64,000 nt of DNA from Selenomonadaceae bacterium (GCA_037189585.1 JBBCJA010000012.1:133332-197331), one strand, 5' to 3'; counted from the first letter of the stretch, positions 1 to 9,563 are shown. The notes: generated from the sequence alone by a model not told the origin. Numbers and translations are program-made.

Positions 1-731
1 TCTCGCAACTCTTGTCCGGTGACAGTGACGGTGTAAGGGAGCCCACTTTCGATCTCTCGCCCGTAAACCTCACCTCGAACCGAGTCTCCTTGAAGATGAG
101 CCGAGCAGACTTGAATTTTGAGTCGCTCGGCCTCCCGCCAATCAGCTTCTAAGCCGTGCTGTTCTCTGAGGTGGTTTCGAATGGCGGAGTCGAACTCACG
201 GCCTCCCAGTGATATTCCCTCGCAGACCACGATGCCGGGAGCCAAGGAGGCGACCTCGGTTGTTTCGGCGCCGATCTCCACCACTGTGGTGGCCCGACTT
301 TTACCGGTGCTCTCCACCGCGCCCAGGGCTGCCGCGACGGGCTTGGCCACCAGGCGAACTTGAGGAAAACCCGCCACTTTCAGCGCTCGCCGCAAGGCCT
401 CTTCCTGGGCGGAGGTGATCCTGGCCGGCACGGCGGCGACCAGTACCGGCTTCGAGCCCAGATTTCTCCATCCGGCTCCGAACTTAGCCCAGAGTACCTT
501 CAGGAGTTCGGCCACCGCCAGGGGGGCGCTGACCACCCCGCCCGAAACCGGTCGCACCGCTTGAATCGTGGCCGGTGCCCGGCCCAGCATCCGTTCGGCC
601 TCCGAGCCAACCACATACGCCGCGCCGCCGGCCAACCCATCGGCGATCACACTCGGCTCTCGGAGCACGACGCCTCGCCGCGAATCGGCGAACCGCACCG
701 TGGCCGAGCCGAGGTCTAGACCTACTGTCAT
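1..731 (-). CDS. mreB: MreB/Mbl-family actin-like protein; C-terminus cut by the window edge
   Basis: Absent from the ORF track because it runs off the window. My translation of the minus strand gives (M)MTVGLDLGSATVRFADSRRGVVLREPSVIADG..VVGSEAERMLGRAPATIQAVRPVSGGVVS..LVAAVPARITSAQEEALRRALKVAGF..TTVVEIGAETTEVASL..ISLGGREFDSAIRNHL. This is colinear with the MreB blocks (IDLGT, NEPSVVA, MLGRTP, RPMxDGVI, VPxxxTxVExRA, DIGGGTTEVA, GGDxFDxAI). A GGAGGG RBS lies upstream. There are tandem ATGs at 732-734 and 729-731, and the second has the better spacing. Confidence 0.75.
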   Translation of the reverse strand, partial: MTVGLDLGSATVRFADSRRGVVLREPSVIADGLAGGAAYVVGSEAERMLGRAPATIQAVRPVSGGVVSAPLAVAELLKVLWAKFGAGWRNLGSKPVLVAAVPARITSAQEEALRRALKVAGFPQVRLVAKPVAAALGAVESTGKSRATTVVEIGAETTEVASLAPGIVVCEGISLGGREFDSAIRNHLREQHGLEADWREAERLKIQVCSAHLQGDSVRGEVYGREIESGLPYTVTVTGQELR

Positions 732-833
732 CATTCCCTCCACCTTGGCTATCGGTGAAGGATTATCAACCTTCTTTGAGCCTCCTTCAATTTATCGAAA
801 AAATGTTCGACAAACCGGAAAACGCTACGGACT

Positions 834-1526
834 TTACGGTGAATGAGAGGGAGTGGCGCTGGGCCAAAGAGGACGGCGCGGGAAGTTGAAAACCTTCATT
901 CGCCCAAAAGGGAAGAAGATACATTCGGCTCGGCCCAGCACGTTCCCCAAGGGGATCTGGCCGTTTCCATGACCCTCTCCGATGAAGCGCGAATCCCTCG
1001 AATTGTTCCGGTTATCTCCCATCACGAAGACATGGCCTTCCTTGATCGTCTCCGGTCCATAGGAACCATCGATAGGCTCGTTGACAAACGGTTCTTTGAG
1101 TTCCTGGTCGTTAAGAAAGAGCTTCCCCTCTTTGACCTGAACCCGATCGTGGGCGACAGCGACCACTCGCTTGATCAAGATGATGCCTTCCTCCTCCGGG
1201 GAGCGCCTCTTCTCGGGCGGGGGAAAGAAAACTACGATATCGCCCCGATTGGGCTCAGAGAAATTATAGGTGAGACAGTTAACCAGGATGCGATCGTTGA
1301 TCTCGAAAGTCGGAATCATCGAGCCGGACGGAATATAAAAGGGGCGGACCACAAATTTGACCAGCAGCAACGCGCCCAGCAACGCGCCGACAATAGAGTC
1401 CCATCCTTCCAGGAAACGTGCCCTGGGCAACCTGCTCCAACCGCCAAGAAGCGAGGGCGCCAAATGGACGATGAGGCGCAGCAAGACCATGAGAAAAAGT
1501 ACACCCATGGCGATATTGATTGGCAT
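834..1526 (-). CDS. lepB: signal peptidase I
   Basis: Signal peptidase I boxes: IPSGSMIPTF (Ser box), RGDIVVF, LIKRVVAV (Lys box), GDNRNNSRDSRFIG. There is an N-terminal TM helix. I prefer the internal ATG at 1526 (MPINIAMGV...), which is preceded by AAGGAAGGA, over the ORF-track start at 1586. Confidence 0.85.
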   Translation of the reverse strand: MPINIAMGVLFLMVLLRLIVHLAPSLLGGWSRLPRARFLEGWDSIVGALLGALLLVKFVVRPFYIPSGSMIPTFEINDRILVNCLTYNFSEPNRGDIVVFFPPPEKRRSPEEEGIILIKRVVAVAHDRVQVKEGKLFLNDQELKEPFVNEPIDGSYGPETIKEGHVFVMGDNRNNSRDSRFIGEGHGNGQIPLGNVLGRAECIFFPFGRMKVFNFPRRPLWPSATPSHSP

Positions 1527-1678
1527 CTCTGATCCTTCCTTGGTCGCACGACGGCCGGCGATTTGCCGACCCATTTGGAGACCCACTCGGACATTCCTGG
1601 GAAGTCGAGGCTCTCTCTCCCGTAACCGCCTAGGTTAAAGCAGGGCCCTCGGAAAGAGTCGCGGAAATTTCCCCTCCC

Positions 1679-2113
1679 ATGAAATGGCTCAAACTTCTCT
1701 TTTTGACTCTCACTCTTCTCTCCGGCTTCGCCCTGGGGCCAGCCCCGGCCGAGGATAAGCCGAAACCCAAAACGACCAAGGTGAAAACCTTGATCGACTA
1801 CAAGTCGGAGTTAGGCTTAAGCGACAAACAGGTCAAGGAGATCAAGGACACTCTGTTCGCTTACCAAAACGTGGTCACCGAGCAACGCAAGGCTCTTTCC
1901 ACTTACGAGAAAGAGTACTCCGGGCTGGTTTCGGAAAGAGCGCCGCTCGAGCAGATCAAGGGGAAACTCCGCCAGATCACCGACACTTCCTTCAACTTGC
2001 GTTTTGCCGATGTTCAGACCGCGCGTAAGGTCGAAACGGTTCTGACCGCCGATCAACTCAAGAAATGGCGCGACATCCAGGCTAAAGTTCGCCAGCCGAA
2101 GTCAGGTAGCTAA
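1679..2113 (+). CDS. periplasmic Spy/CpxP-like protein (LTXXQ motifs)
   Basis: Signal peptide MKWLKLLFLTLTLLSGFALGPAPA. Two LTXXQ-type motifs (LSDKQVKEI, LTADQLKKW) sit in a helical, charged 144-aa protein. Confidence 0.55.
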   Translation: MKWLKLLFLTLTLLSGFALGPAPAEDKPKPKTTKVKTLIDYKSELGLSDKQVKEIKDTLFAYQNVVTEQRKALSTYEKEYSGLVSERAPLEQIKGKLRQITDTSFNLRFADVQTARKVETVLTADQLKKWRDIQAKVRQPKSGS

Positions 2114-2177
2114 TCGGTCTCGAGTGCGGCCCGTTCTCCTTTCGGGAGCTTGAGGGCGCCACAGGCGAAATCTTGAG

Positions 2178-2351
2178 TTATCCCGAGCTTGAACGTCGAT
2201 AAGCGACAAGAAAAGCGCCCACCAAGACAAGGCCTAGACTTAGACCAAGGGCGGCTTGAACAGTTAGAACAAACTGACTAACCGACACGATGACCCAGGC
2301 AAACATGAGCACAGTCAGCAAAGCTACCAAGATTTTGAGAAAAGCGTTCAC
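2178..2351 (-). CDS. possible small two-TM membrane protein (57 aa, GTG start)
   Basis: Hand translation: VNAFLKILVALLTVLMFAWVIVSVSQFVLTVQAALGLSLGLVLVGAFLVAYRRSSSG. It is strongly hydrophobic with a basic tail, but there is no convincing RBS. It is below the ORF-track size cut-off. Confidence 0.25.
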   Translation of the reverse strand: MNAFLKILVALLTVLMFAWVIVSVSQFVLTVQAALGLSLGLVLVGAFLVAYRRSSSG

Positions 2352-2432
2352 CTAGACGGGGAGTTCGGCGCGTCGCTTACGACACCTTTAGGAATCCCCG
2401 ACGAGTGGTGGAGACTTTGGCCTGCCTGTGAG

Positions 2433-3008
2433 CTAGGGCGCCTCTTCGGAAAAGTCGCCAAAAACCGCATGATAGACGGAGTTCATCTGCTGGGCCAGCG
2501 GTTCATACGCGGTTCCGGCCAATTTCTGATTGAAAATTCGAGTCAAAGTGCCGTAATACCAGACCTGGCTCGCCTTGTCGGCCTTGAAGCGCTCCCAGAT
2601 TCGCTCTCCCACCAGTTCTCGGTCCTCGCGAATGTCACTAAGATTATCGAGCTTGTCCACGCACTTGAGAACCAACAACTCGGGATCGTCGGTAGCCCCG
2701 GTGGCGCTGATGGCCGTCTCTTTTCGCTCTCGCCAACTCTGGCTCTTATCTTTCTCGGTGGCGCTCTCCACCAGATCGGCCACGCGATCCCCGAAACGTT
2801 CGCGTAGCTCTTCCAACGTCGCTTCCGTATCCTCGACCACGTCATGCAAAGCCGCCGCCGCCTGCAACTCCGTGGGAGCGCCCAAGCGAGCCAAAAAGCG
2901 CACCATGCTGGTTGGGTGAACGATATAGGGAATGCGTGTTCCCTTCCGATACTGACCTCGATGGCAAGAGGCGGCGTATTCTAGAGCCAGGAAAACAAGT
3001 TCGTCCAT
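2433..3008 (-). CDS. HD-domain hydrolase, RelA/SpoT-type (p)ppGpp hydrolase-like
   Basis: Motifs CHRGQYRKGTRIPYIVHP and AAALHDVVEDT, followed by FGDRVADLVESATE, are typical of stand-alone SpoT-like HD hydrolases. The ATG at 3008 (MDELVF...) is preferred over the TTG at 3029. Confidence 0.7.
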   Translation of the reverse strand: MDELVFLALEYAASCHRGQYRKGTRIPYIVHPTSMVRFLARLGAPTELQAAAALHDVVEDTEATLEELRERFGDRVADLVESATEKDKSQSWRERKETAISATGATDDPELLVLKCVDKLDNLSDIREDRELVGERIWERFKADKASQVWYYGTLTRIFNQKLAGTAYEPLAQQMNSVYHAVFGDFSEEAP

Positions 3009-3081
3009 GAGACGAAATACTCCACTCAAGCCGCGCCTTCCCGTCGGCAGGGCTTTTCGCTTCGAGGCTCAAGACCCTGAA

Positions 3082-3564
3082 ATGACAGTAGACAAAGATA
3101 TCGTGGTCTCCATGAACTATGTGCTCAAGAACGACAAAGGTGAGATCGTGGACGAGTCGGGTGAGGCCCCGATGGAGTACCTTCACGGCCACGAAAATAT
3201 CGTACCTGGTCTAGAGAAAGCTCTGACCGGGCTTGAGATCGGAGCGGCCAAGGACGTCTCCGTGACGCCCGCTGAAGGATACGGAGAGTACGACCCGAGC
3301 TTAAAGTTCGAAATTCCCACCAGCAAAATAGGTGGACAAGCTCCCCCCTTAGACGCCGTGTTGCAGTTCGCCGACCCGTCCGGTCATCGCTTTCTAGCCC
3401 GAGTGGTCAAAGTCGAGGGCGACACGGTCAGTCTCGACGCCAACCATCCTCTGGCCGGAGAAACCCTGAATTTTCAAGTCACTATCACCAGCTTGCGAGC
3501 CGCGCTTCCCGATGAGATCGCTCACGGTCACGTGCACGGCGCCGGCTGCGGCCACCACCACTAA
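3082..3564 (+). CDS. slyD: FKBP-type peptidyl-prolyl isomerase SlyD with a His/Cys-rich tail
   Basis: VVSMNYVLKNDKGEIVDES..EYLHGHENIVPGLEKAL..HPLAGETLNFQVTI, with C-terminal HGHVHGAGCGHHH. I prefer the ATG at 3082 (MTVDKDIVV) over the track start at 3007. Confidence 0.85.
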   Translation: MTVDKDIVVSMNYVLKNDKGEIVDESGEAPMEYLHGHENIVPGLEKALTGLEIGAAKDVSVTPAEGYGEYDPSLKFEIPTSKIGGQAPPLDAVLQFADPSGHRFLARVVKVEGDTVSLDANHPLAGETLNFQVTITSLRAALPDEIAHGHVHGAGCGHHH

Positions 3565-3588
3565 AGGACCTGTCCAGGAATAAGGTTG

Positions 3589-4050
3589 TCACGGCTCGGC
3601 ATGACAACGAGCGCCAAGCTCATCGACGGATGCCATCGAGATGAGGATCGCGGCGTCGGTCTTGTCCTTGGCCAACTTTAGCGCCCAGCGTAAAAACTTC
3701 CGTTTGAGGCCGTATCTCTCGTTGAGAATTTTGTCCATTCGAGCGAGCTCGCCGGGGTCTGTCAGCACGGTGGCGTGCGCTTCCACCTGCGGTCCGAGCG
3801 GTCGGCCGTTGCCGTTGCATGCCCGCAGCAGAACCTTGCCTTGGCCGCGTATCCGCTTGACCTTGCCCGTCTGGCCTTTGGTCATCATCACCACGTCGGC
3901 ACCGTCAAAAGCAAACCACATTGGAGTTGGTACCGCCGTTCCGTCTTTTCGGAAGGTGGTCAAAAGGCAGAACTGTTGGCCCTTGAGTAGCTCGTTGAAA
4001 GATTTCGCCACCCCCGGCTTTTCCCCGCCGTTCCATGACATCACCTGCAA
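3589..4050 (-). CDS. PPOX-class (pyridoxamine 5'-phosphate oxidase fold, possibly F420-dependent) protein
   Basis: FCLLTTFRKDGTAVPTPMWFAFDGADVVMMTKGQTGKVKRIRGQGKVLL..VEAHATVLTD follows the split-barrel PPOX pattern. Confidence 0.6.
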   Translation of the reverse strand: MQVMSWNGGEKPGVAKSFNELLKGQQFCLLTTFRKDGTAVPTPMWFAFDGADVVMMTKGQTGKVKRIRGQGKVLLRACNGNGRPLGPQVEAHATVLTDPGELARMDKILNERYGLKRKFLRWALKLAKDKTDAAILISMASVDELGARCHAEP

Positions 4051-4063
4051 GCGATCTTGAAGT

Positions 4064-4648
4064 TCAGCGAATCCCGGGAATCATGATCGCGTTTTGGCTT
4101 TCCTCGACGATCGTCTTGCGGGAACCGGCCGTCCCGCGTACGGAGCTTTGCGATACCAGAGTGACGGTGATCAGACGTTTGAGCTCCCGGGAAAAATTCA
4201 GCCGGGAAAACTGGCGCCCGATCAGTTGACTTCCTCCCACTCCATCGCTTCTCCGCAGAACAAGTCCACCGGAATCCCCGCTACGAAAGATGGTGAACTC
4301 GGGATAGTCGGGTGTCCGAGGGTCAAAGGACAGCGTCGAATCGATCAAGTCGACCGGAGCATGGAAACGCAGTACCGACGATTCCTCCGAATAGAGCGGT
4401 TCAAGGACCGCGGGGTCGACCTCGTTGGGAGCGATGGCGGAGCGTAAAACCAGGTTGAGGCGTTGTTGAGTCTCCCGATGAATCGCACGCAGAGCAATCC
4501 TGGCCGAACCACTGTCCGTGCCGCCACGAACCTGCCCGAAAATGAGCAAAAAGAGAACGGACAGCCCTCCGAGGAGCGAGCATGCCACGAGAACTTCGAC
4601 CAGAGCCAGGCCGAAGGTCTTTCCAACCTTTCCAGGTCTAGGGCGCAC
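4064..4648 (-). CDS. pseudopilin (prepilin-type N-terminal cleavage/methylation domain)
   Basis: N-terminus KTFG|LALVEVLVACSLLGGL with Glu at +5 and a hydrophobic helix. It overlaps the upstream pseudopilin gene by 11 nt. Confidence 0.6.
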   Translation of the reverse strand: MRPRPGKVGKTFGLALVEVLVACSLLGGLSVLFLLIFGQVRGGTDSGSARIALRAIHRETQQRLNLVLRSAIAPNEVDPAVLEPLYSEESSVLRFHAPVDLIDSTLSFDPRTPDYPEFTIFRSGDSGGLVLRRSDGVGGSQLIGRQFSRLNFSRELKRLITVTLVSQSSVRGTAGSRKTIVEESQNAIMIPGIR

Positions 4649-5105
4649 GATAGTACCCAGTGAGCTGATACTGATTCTCTCTGCCTTTGATCTTCCAGAA
4701 CACGGTCACGTCGATCAGGTACAGCCGGGATCGGTAGTCATCGCCGTCCTCGGACAGACGTTCGGTTACGATTCTCCGAGTGTAGCCGGTTCCGGCCGGA
4801 AAGTCCTCGCCACTGGGCTTAGGTTGAAACGGAAAGGCGTCTAAAGCAGTTCGCGAAACCGCCGGGTCGGAGAATCCCACTTCTGGTGGAAAAACCTCAA
4901 CCTGTGGCAGTCTTCTCTCGCGAATCAACTCGATGAGCCGCCGGGCGTGGAGCACCGCGTCTTGACTCCCCTCAGCTTCTCGAGTTCCCCTCAGCCCAAA
5001 AGCGACCGTACCGATAAGCGACAACAGGACAAGGAGAACGATCACCGCCGCGACCATGGTTTCGGCCAGACTGACTCCGGAGAGACTCGACCGCCTCAAA
5101 CTCAA
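4638..5105 (-). CDS. pseudopilin (prepilin-type N-terminal domain)
   Basis: N-terminus LSG|VSLAETMVAAVIVLLVLL with Glu at +5. It has a TTG start in a TTGA overlap with the upstream gene. Confidence 0.6.
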   Translation of the reverse strand: MSLRRSSLSGVSLAETMVAAVIVLLVLLSLIGTVAFGLRGTREAEGSQDAVLHARRLIELIRERRLPQVEVFPPEVGFSDPAVSRTALDAFPFQPKPSGEDFPAGTGYTRRIVTERLSEDGDDYRSRLYLIDVTVFWKIKGRENQYQLTGYYRAP

Positions 5106-6649
5106 AGAGGCTTCTCCCGCCAGGCTCTGACCATCAATTCGGTCCCGGCAGTGGCCGGATATTCAGGGGGAGGCTCATTGGCCATAAGCTTGTCATAGAG
5201 AATGGGGGCCGAACCAAACCCAATCGGTGAACCGTAACCAGCCACCACATGATAGTTTGTCCCTGTCACCCTTACGGTGCGCCAAGGGAGACCCGTCGAG
5301 AGGCCCCCATAGATCGCCATGCTACCCGGGGGGGCGCCATCCTCTCCATTGTAGTTTCTTACCCAGAACGTATCGGTGGCCAGAAAGGTCGCGTATAAGA
5401 ACAGCGGATTCGCCTGATTTCTCGGCAAGACGGAATGGGGTGCGATCCAGATCTTGTTCGTCACGATGCCCAAACGATCCGCTGTACCAACCGGTTCCGT
5501 CCCTATCGGAGTATCGGCCCGTGTCAATGAACCGGTGATCTCGATCGCCTTACCCTCTTCAAATCTATTCGCTATGGTGTGGGGCCCTTTGTTAACACCC
5601 CTGAGACTCGCGATGTCTCCGGTCGCGAAGATGACACCGCTTCCCAAACCAGCAACGGTGGTCGAGCCCGTCGGGCCACTGACCAGCCGTTGGTTCGAGA
5701 GTGTGTCCTCCACAACTGTGGTCACTTGTCCCCCACAGTCGATCGTGAGCACGAAATTCCCGTTTCCGTCCTGACTCATCTCCATACGGTCGACGTCCCC
5801 CGCGATAAAAACCCCTCCAGCCGGACTCACCGTTATCCCGCTAGGAGGGGCTGAGGGCGCCAATCCTCCCCAGGCGGCATTGGCTAGTCCCTGCGAACTC
5901 GAAGGGAGCGGTCGAGGAGGTACGCTATAGAGAAGGTCGGCTTCTCCGTTCTCCAAGATGTTGTCGTAGGCGTCGCTACTGAGCGACGTGGTCGTGGAAG
6001 ATGTGGTTCCGACAGTCCAGACGTGGTGATTCTCTGAAGTCGAAATCGTGGAATTAAAAATTGGACCGTCCGGCGGCGCGGTCGCGAGCAAAGACGGAGA
6101 GACCTTAAAAGAGATCCCGCGGTTCTTATGAATCGGGCCTCGATATTTCGAAACCTCAGCCACGATGAAGTCGTACCACGGCCATACTGGTTGCTCACGA
6201 TCGATAAAAATGGCGAAACGTGAAAAGGATTGGCCCGCTTGCACATCCGCGACGATTCGGTACCTCTCCTCACCTTGTCGACTGGCAGTACCGGTGAGAC
6301 GGTAAAGTCTTATCTGGGTCAGGCCGTTGGGAGGCGTGCCCGAATCCGGCTCGACGCGACAGGTCCAACTCCACTCGCCCAAATCGCCCTCCCGCCAAGG
6401 TGTGGGATTAGACATCGTGCAGGGTTCGCGATTGTTGGCAAGTTCGTGACTGATCCAGGCCATCGTATCCGTGATGGCGGCATCAGCGATATAGCTGGCC
6501 TCGGTCGACTGTTTAAAACCGCTGGTCGCTGAGAGATCGACCGGCAGTTGGAGCAAAAATGCCGTGGAGAGGCCCAAACACAACAATCCAAAAAAGACGG
6601 CGGCAATTAGCGCGACTCCCCTTGATTTACTTTTCCATTCCCCAAACAT
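5102..6649 (-). CDS. PilX/GspK-like large pseudopilin-associated protein
   Basis: N-terminus KSRG|VALIAAVFFGLLCLGLSTAF is PilX_N-like and lacks Glu at +5. The remaining ~480 aa are Ser/Thr/Gly-rich and look extracellular. It is the first gene of a three-gene cassette. Confidence 0.5.
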   Translation of the reverse strand: MFGEWKSKSRGVALIAAVFFGLLCLGLSTAFLLQLPVDLSATSGFKQSTEASYIADAAITDTMAWISHELANNREPCTMSNPTPWREGDLGEWSWTCRVEPDSGTPPNGLTQIRLYRLTGTASRQGEERYRIVADVQAGQSFSRFAIFIDREQPVWPWYDFIVAEVSKYRGPIHKNRGISFKVSPSLLATAPPDGPIFNSTISTSENHHVWTVGTTSSTTTSLSSDAYDNILENGEADLLYSVPPRPLPSSSQGLANAAWGGLAPSAPPSGITVSPAGGVFIAGDVDRMEMSQDGNGNFVLTIDCGGQVTTVVEDTLSNQRLVSGPTGSTTVAGLGSGVIFATGDIASLRGVNKGPHTIANRFEEGKAIEITGSLTRADTPIGTEPVGTADRLGIVTNKIWIAPHSVLPRNQANPLFLYATFLATDTFWVRNYNGEDGAPPGSMAIYGGLSTGLPWRTVRVTGTNYHVVAGYGSPIGFGSAPILYDKLMANEPPPEYPATAGTELMVRAWREKPL

Positions 6650-6786
6650 TATATATCACCCATCGAACAGAAACCGACTCCGCCAGTTATTCAAATTACT
6701 GGGAGACTACTTCGACAGCCCCCTAGGATACCATAAAGGAAATCTTACAGCAGGGCCAGCGGTCTTAATTCAGCGAACGGTCACGA

Positions 6787-8103
6787 ATGAAAGACTCTTT
6801 GACTTTGAAAAGCCGCCGAGTTGTTCTCCCCGAGGGGGAGCGCCCGGCCGCTCTCGTCATCTCCGAGGGCCGGATCGCGGCCATCCAAGACTACGATAGC
6901 ATTCCCTCGGAAGAGGTTGTCGACTATGGCGACAAGGCCATTCTGCCCGGCCTCATCGACACCCACGTCCACTTCAACGAGCCGGGACGGACCGAGTGGG
7001 AGGGTTGGGCCACGGGAACCTCGGCGGCGCTGGCCGGAGGCGTGACCACGGTGGTGGAGATGCCGCTCAACAGCATCCCTTCCACGGTGGACCCCGAGTC
7101 GCTTCAGACGAAACTCGATTCCATGCCGGGCAAGCTCTTTTGCGACGTTGGACTCTGGGGCGGCGCGGTGCCCGGAAATTCCGACCAGCTCGGCCCCCTG
7201 GTCAAAGCGGGTGTGCTCGGACTTAAATCCTTCATGTCCGATCCCGGAACAGCCGAGTTTCGAAATCTGGACCGAGAGGGGCTCCGGGACGCTATGCGCG
7301 AGATCGCGGCCGTCGACTCGGTCCTTCTACTCCACGCCGAATGGCCGGACGCTCTCCAAGAGCCTCCGCATGGCGCCGACCCTCACAGCTATCGGTCGTG
7401 GCTCGAGACCAGACCCGTGGCGGCCGAACGGGAGGCCATCAAGGTCGTGGTGGAACTGGCCCAAGAGACCGGCTGCCGCTGCCACATCGTCCACGTGGCA
7501 AGCCATGAAGCACTCGATGTCCTCCAAGGAAGTCCCGTGACCTGCGAAACCTGCGCCCACTACCTGGTTTTCGCCGCCGAGGAGATCGCTGACAAGGCCA
7601 CCAACTTCAAGTGCGCTCCCCCCATCCGGGAAGCGGCGCACCGCGAAGGTCTCTGGCGAGCGCTCGCCGAGGGCCGCATCCAGATGGTCACAAGCGATCA
7701 CTCTCCCTGCACCCCGGATCTCAAAAAGGAGAGTTTCCTCGCCTCCTGGGGCGGGATCGCCGGCGTCGGGATGCTTTTGTCGGCCACCTGGACCGGCGCG
7801 GCGGCCCGCGGTCATAGCCTCGCCGACCTGGCCCGCTGGTTGGCCGAGGAGCCGGCCAAACTGGCCGGGCTTACCCACGAGCGGGGTAGCCTCAAGATCG
7901 GGAATCTCGCCCACCTGGTGGTTTTCGACCCCGAGGCGGAGCGCCCTGTGGACACCCTGCTTCATCGCCACTCAGGCTCTCCTTACGAAGGGAGGACCTG
8001 GAGGGGGGTGGTGGAAGCCACGTACCTGCGCGGTGAGCGGGTTTTCGACGGGAAGAGCGTCCACCCCCAGTCTAAAGGCCGACTGGTCTTGCCGGCGGAG
8101 TAG
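6787..8103 (+). CDS. allB: allantoinase (cyclic amidohydrolase)
   Basis: LPGLIDTHVHFNEPGRTEWEGWATGTSAALAGGVTTVVEMPLNSIP plus downstream His/Asp ligands. The genomic context is the other uricolysis genes. Confidence 0.8.
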   Translation: MKDSLTLKSRRVVLPEGERPAALVISEGRIAAIQDYDSIPSEEVVDYGDKAILPGLIDTHVHFNEPGRTEWEGWATGTSAALAGGVTTVVEMPLNSIPSTVDPESLQTKLDSMPGKLFCDVGLWGGAVPGNSDQLGPLVKAGVLGLKSFMSDPGTAEFRNLDREGLRDAMREIAAVDSVLLLHAEWPDALQEPPHGADPHSYRSWLETRPVAAEREAIKVVVELAQETGCRCHIVHVASHEALDVLQGSPVTCETCAHYLVFAAEEIADKATNFKCAPPIREAAHREGLWRALAEGRIQMVTSDHSPCTPDLKKESFLASWGGIAGVGMLLSATWTGAAARGHSLADLARWLAEEPAKLAGLTHERGSLKIGNLAHLVVFDPEAERPVDTLLHRHSGSPYEGRTWRGVVEATYLRGERVFDGKSVHPQSKGRLVLPAE

Positions 8104-8117
8104 ATAGGAGTGCTAGT

Positions 8118-9563
8118 TTGAAGAGAGCCATCGACCTGGCCAGTGACCGTCTTCGCGGATACGTGCTGGCCTCTAGCGATCAAGCTTTCACTTCGCACGC
8201 TCACCTGCTCTCCTCACTGGAAGTGGCTCCAGGGCAAGGTTGGCGTACCAGGAGAAGACGTGACTCGGGTCACGAGTGGGTTATTCTCAGACTCGGTGTT
8301 CCGGGCGTTATCGAGGTGCTCGAGTTGGACACACGCTACCAAGAGGGACACCTGCCGACCCATGTCTCTCTGGAAGGCTGTACCGCGACCCACACGACTC
8401 CGGTCGACAGCCTGAAAAGTTGGGAAACGCTTCTTCCCAAGTCCGCCCTGGAGGACGGAACGCTTCACCGTTTCGCGGTCTCGAGCCAGAAACGGTACAG
8501 CCACCTTCGCCTCAACATTTTCCCCGACGGGGGTATCGCCCGCCTGCGCGCCCTGGGACGACCGGTTCCTTCCTGGATGGCTCCCGGCACGCCGGCACCG
8601 GCGGCGCTGGATCTCGCCGCGGTGTCCAACGGAGGCGAGGTCGTCCACTGGAGCAACGCACAAACGGATCCGGAGGCCTCGAGCCTGCTGTATCCCGGTT
8701 CGAGCTGCGAACAGCATCCCGGCTGGCTCACCCATCGTCGCCGCCAAGCCGGACACGAATGGTTGACCGTTCGCCTGGGTGGTCCCGGCCATATAGCTTC
8801 GGTCACTCTCGACACCGAGAGGCTCGAGAGCGACTGTCCGGCCAGGGCCAGTCTGGAAGGCGCTTCCAGCCAACAGGAGCCGGACGAGAGCGAATGGTTC
8901 GAACTCCTCCCCCAGGTGCCTCTGCTGCCCAACACCGAGCATACCTACAGCCTGGAGGTTTCCGGTCAGCCTGAGGTCCGTTGGGCGCGCCTGAACCTTC
9001 ACCCCGACGGTGGCCTGGCTAGACTGCGGCTGTGGGGCGAACTGTCGGCCGAGGGCGTCGTGGAATGCCGGCTGCGTTATCTCAACTCGGCCTCATCAGG
9101 GGAGCTGCGCGAGATCTTTCGCGCCGTCTGCCATTCCGACCGATGGGCCTCGCAAATGGCCCTGGCAGGCCCCTTCGATAGCGTTTCCGACCTGCAGAAA
9201 AAAGGCGCTAGCGCCTGGTCTCACTGCCGTGAGGCCGACTGGCGGGAAGCCCTCCTGGGACACCCCCGTATCGGAGAGAAAGCCAAGGGCGGCGACCTGG
9301 CCTCGCGCTGGTCTCGGGGAGAGCAGTCCAAAGCCTCTACCCCCGACGAAGAGCTCAAGGCTGAGCTGAGAGAAAAACAGCTCCAATACGAAGATCGGTT
9401 CGGCTTTCTCTTTCTCATCTGTGCCACCGGACGCACCACTGAGCAGATCCTTTCCGTACTCAAATCCCGGCTCGAGCAGTCCCCGGAGCTCGAGCTGCAG
9501 ACCGTGGCCGAGGAACTGGCCAAGATCATTCATCTGCGACTGGAGAAGCTGTTAGTGTCATGA
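8118..9563 (+). CDS. fusion of allantoicase (two repeats) with OHCU decarboxylase
   Basis: Repeat 1 is GWRTRRRRDSGHEWVILRLGVPGVIEVLELDT. Repeat 2 is GWLTHRRRQAGHEWLTVRLGGPGHIASVTLDT. The C-terminal ~160 aa contain WREALLGHPRIGEK and FGFLFLICATGRTTEQIL (the OHCU decarboxylase signature). The start is TTG with an AGGAG RBS 7 nt upstream. Confidence 0.8.
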   Translation: MKRAIDLASDRLRGYVLASSDQAFTSHAHLLSSLEVAPGQGWRTRRRRDSGHEWVILRLGVPGVIEVLELDTRYQEGHLPTHVSLEGCTATHTTPVDSLKSWETLLPKSALEDGTLHRFAVSSQKRYSHLRLNIFPDGGIARLRALGRPVPSWMAPGTPAPAALDLAAVSNGGEVVHWSNAQTDPEASSLLYPGSSCEQHPGWLTHRRRQAGHEWLTVRLGGPGHIASVTLDTERLESDCPARASLEGASSQQEPDESEWFELLPQVPLLPNTEHTYSLEVSGQPEVRWARLNLHPDGGLARLRLWGELSAEGVVECRLRYLNSASSGELREIFRAVCHSDRWASQMALAGPFDSVSDLQKKGASAWSHCREADWREALLGHPRIGEKAKGGDLASRWSRGEQSKASTPDEELKAELREKQLQYEDRFGFLFLICATGRTTEQILSVLKSRLEQSPELELQTVAEELAKIIHLRLEKLLVS

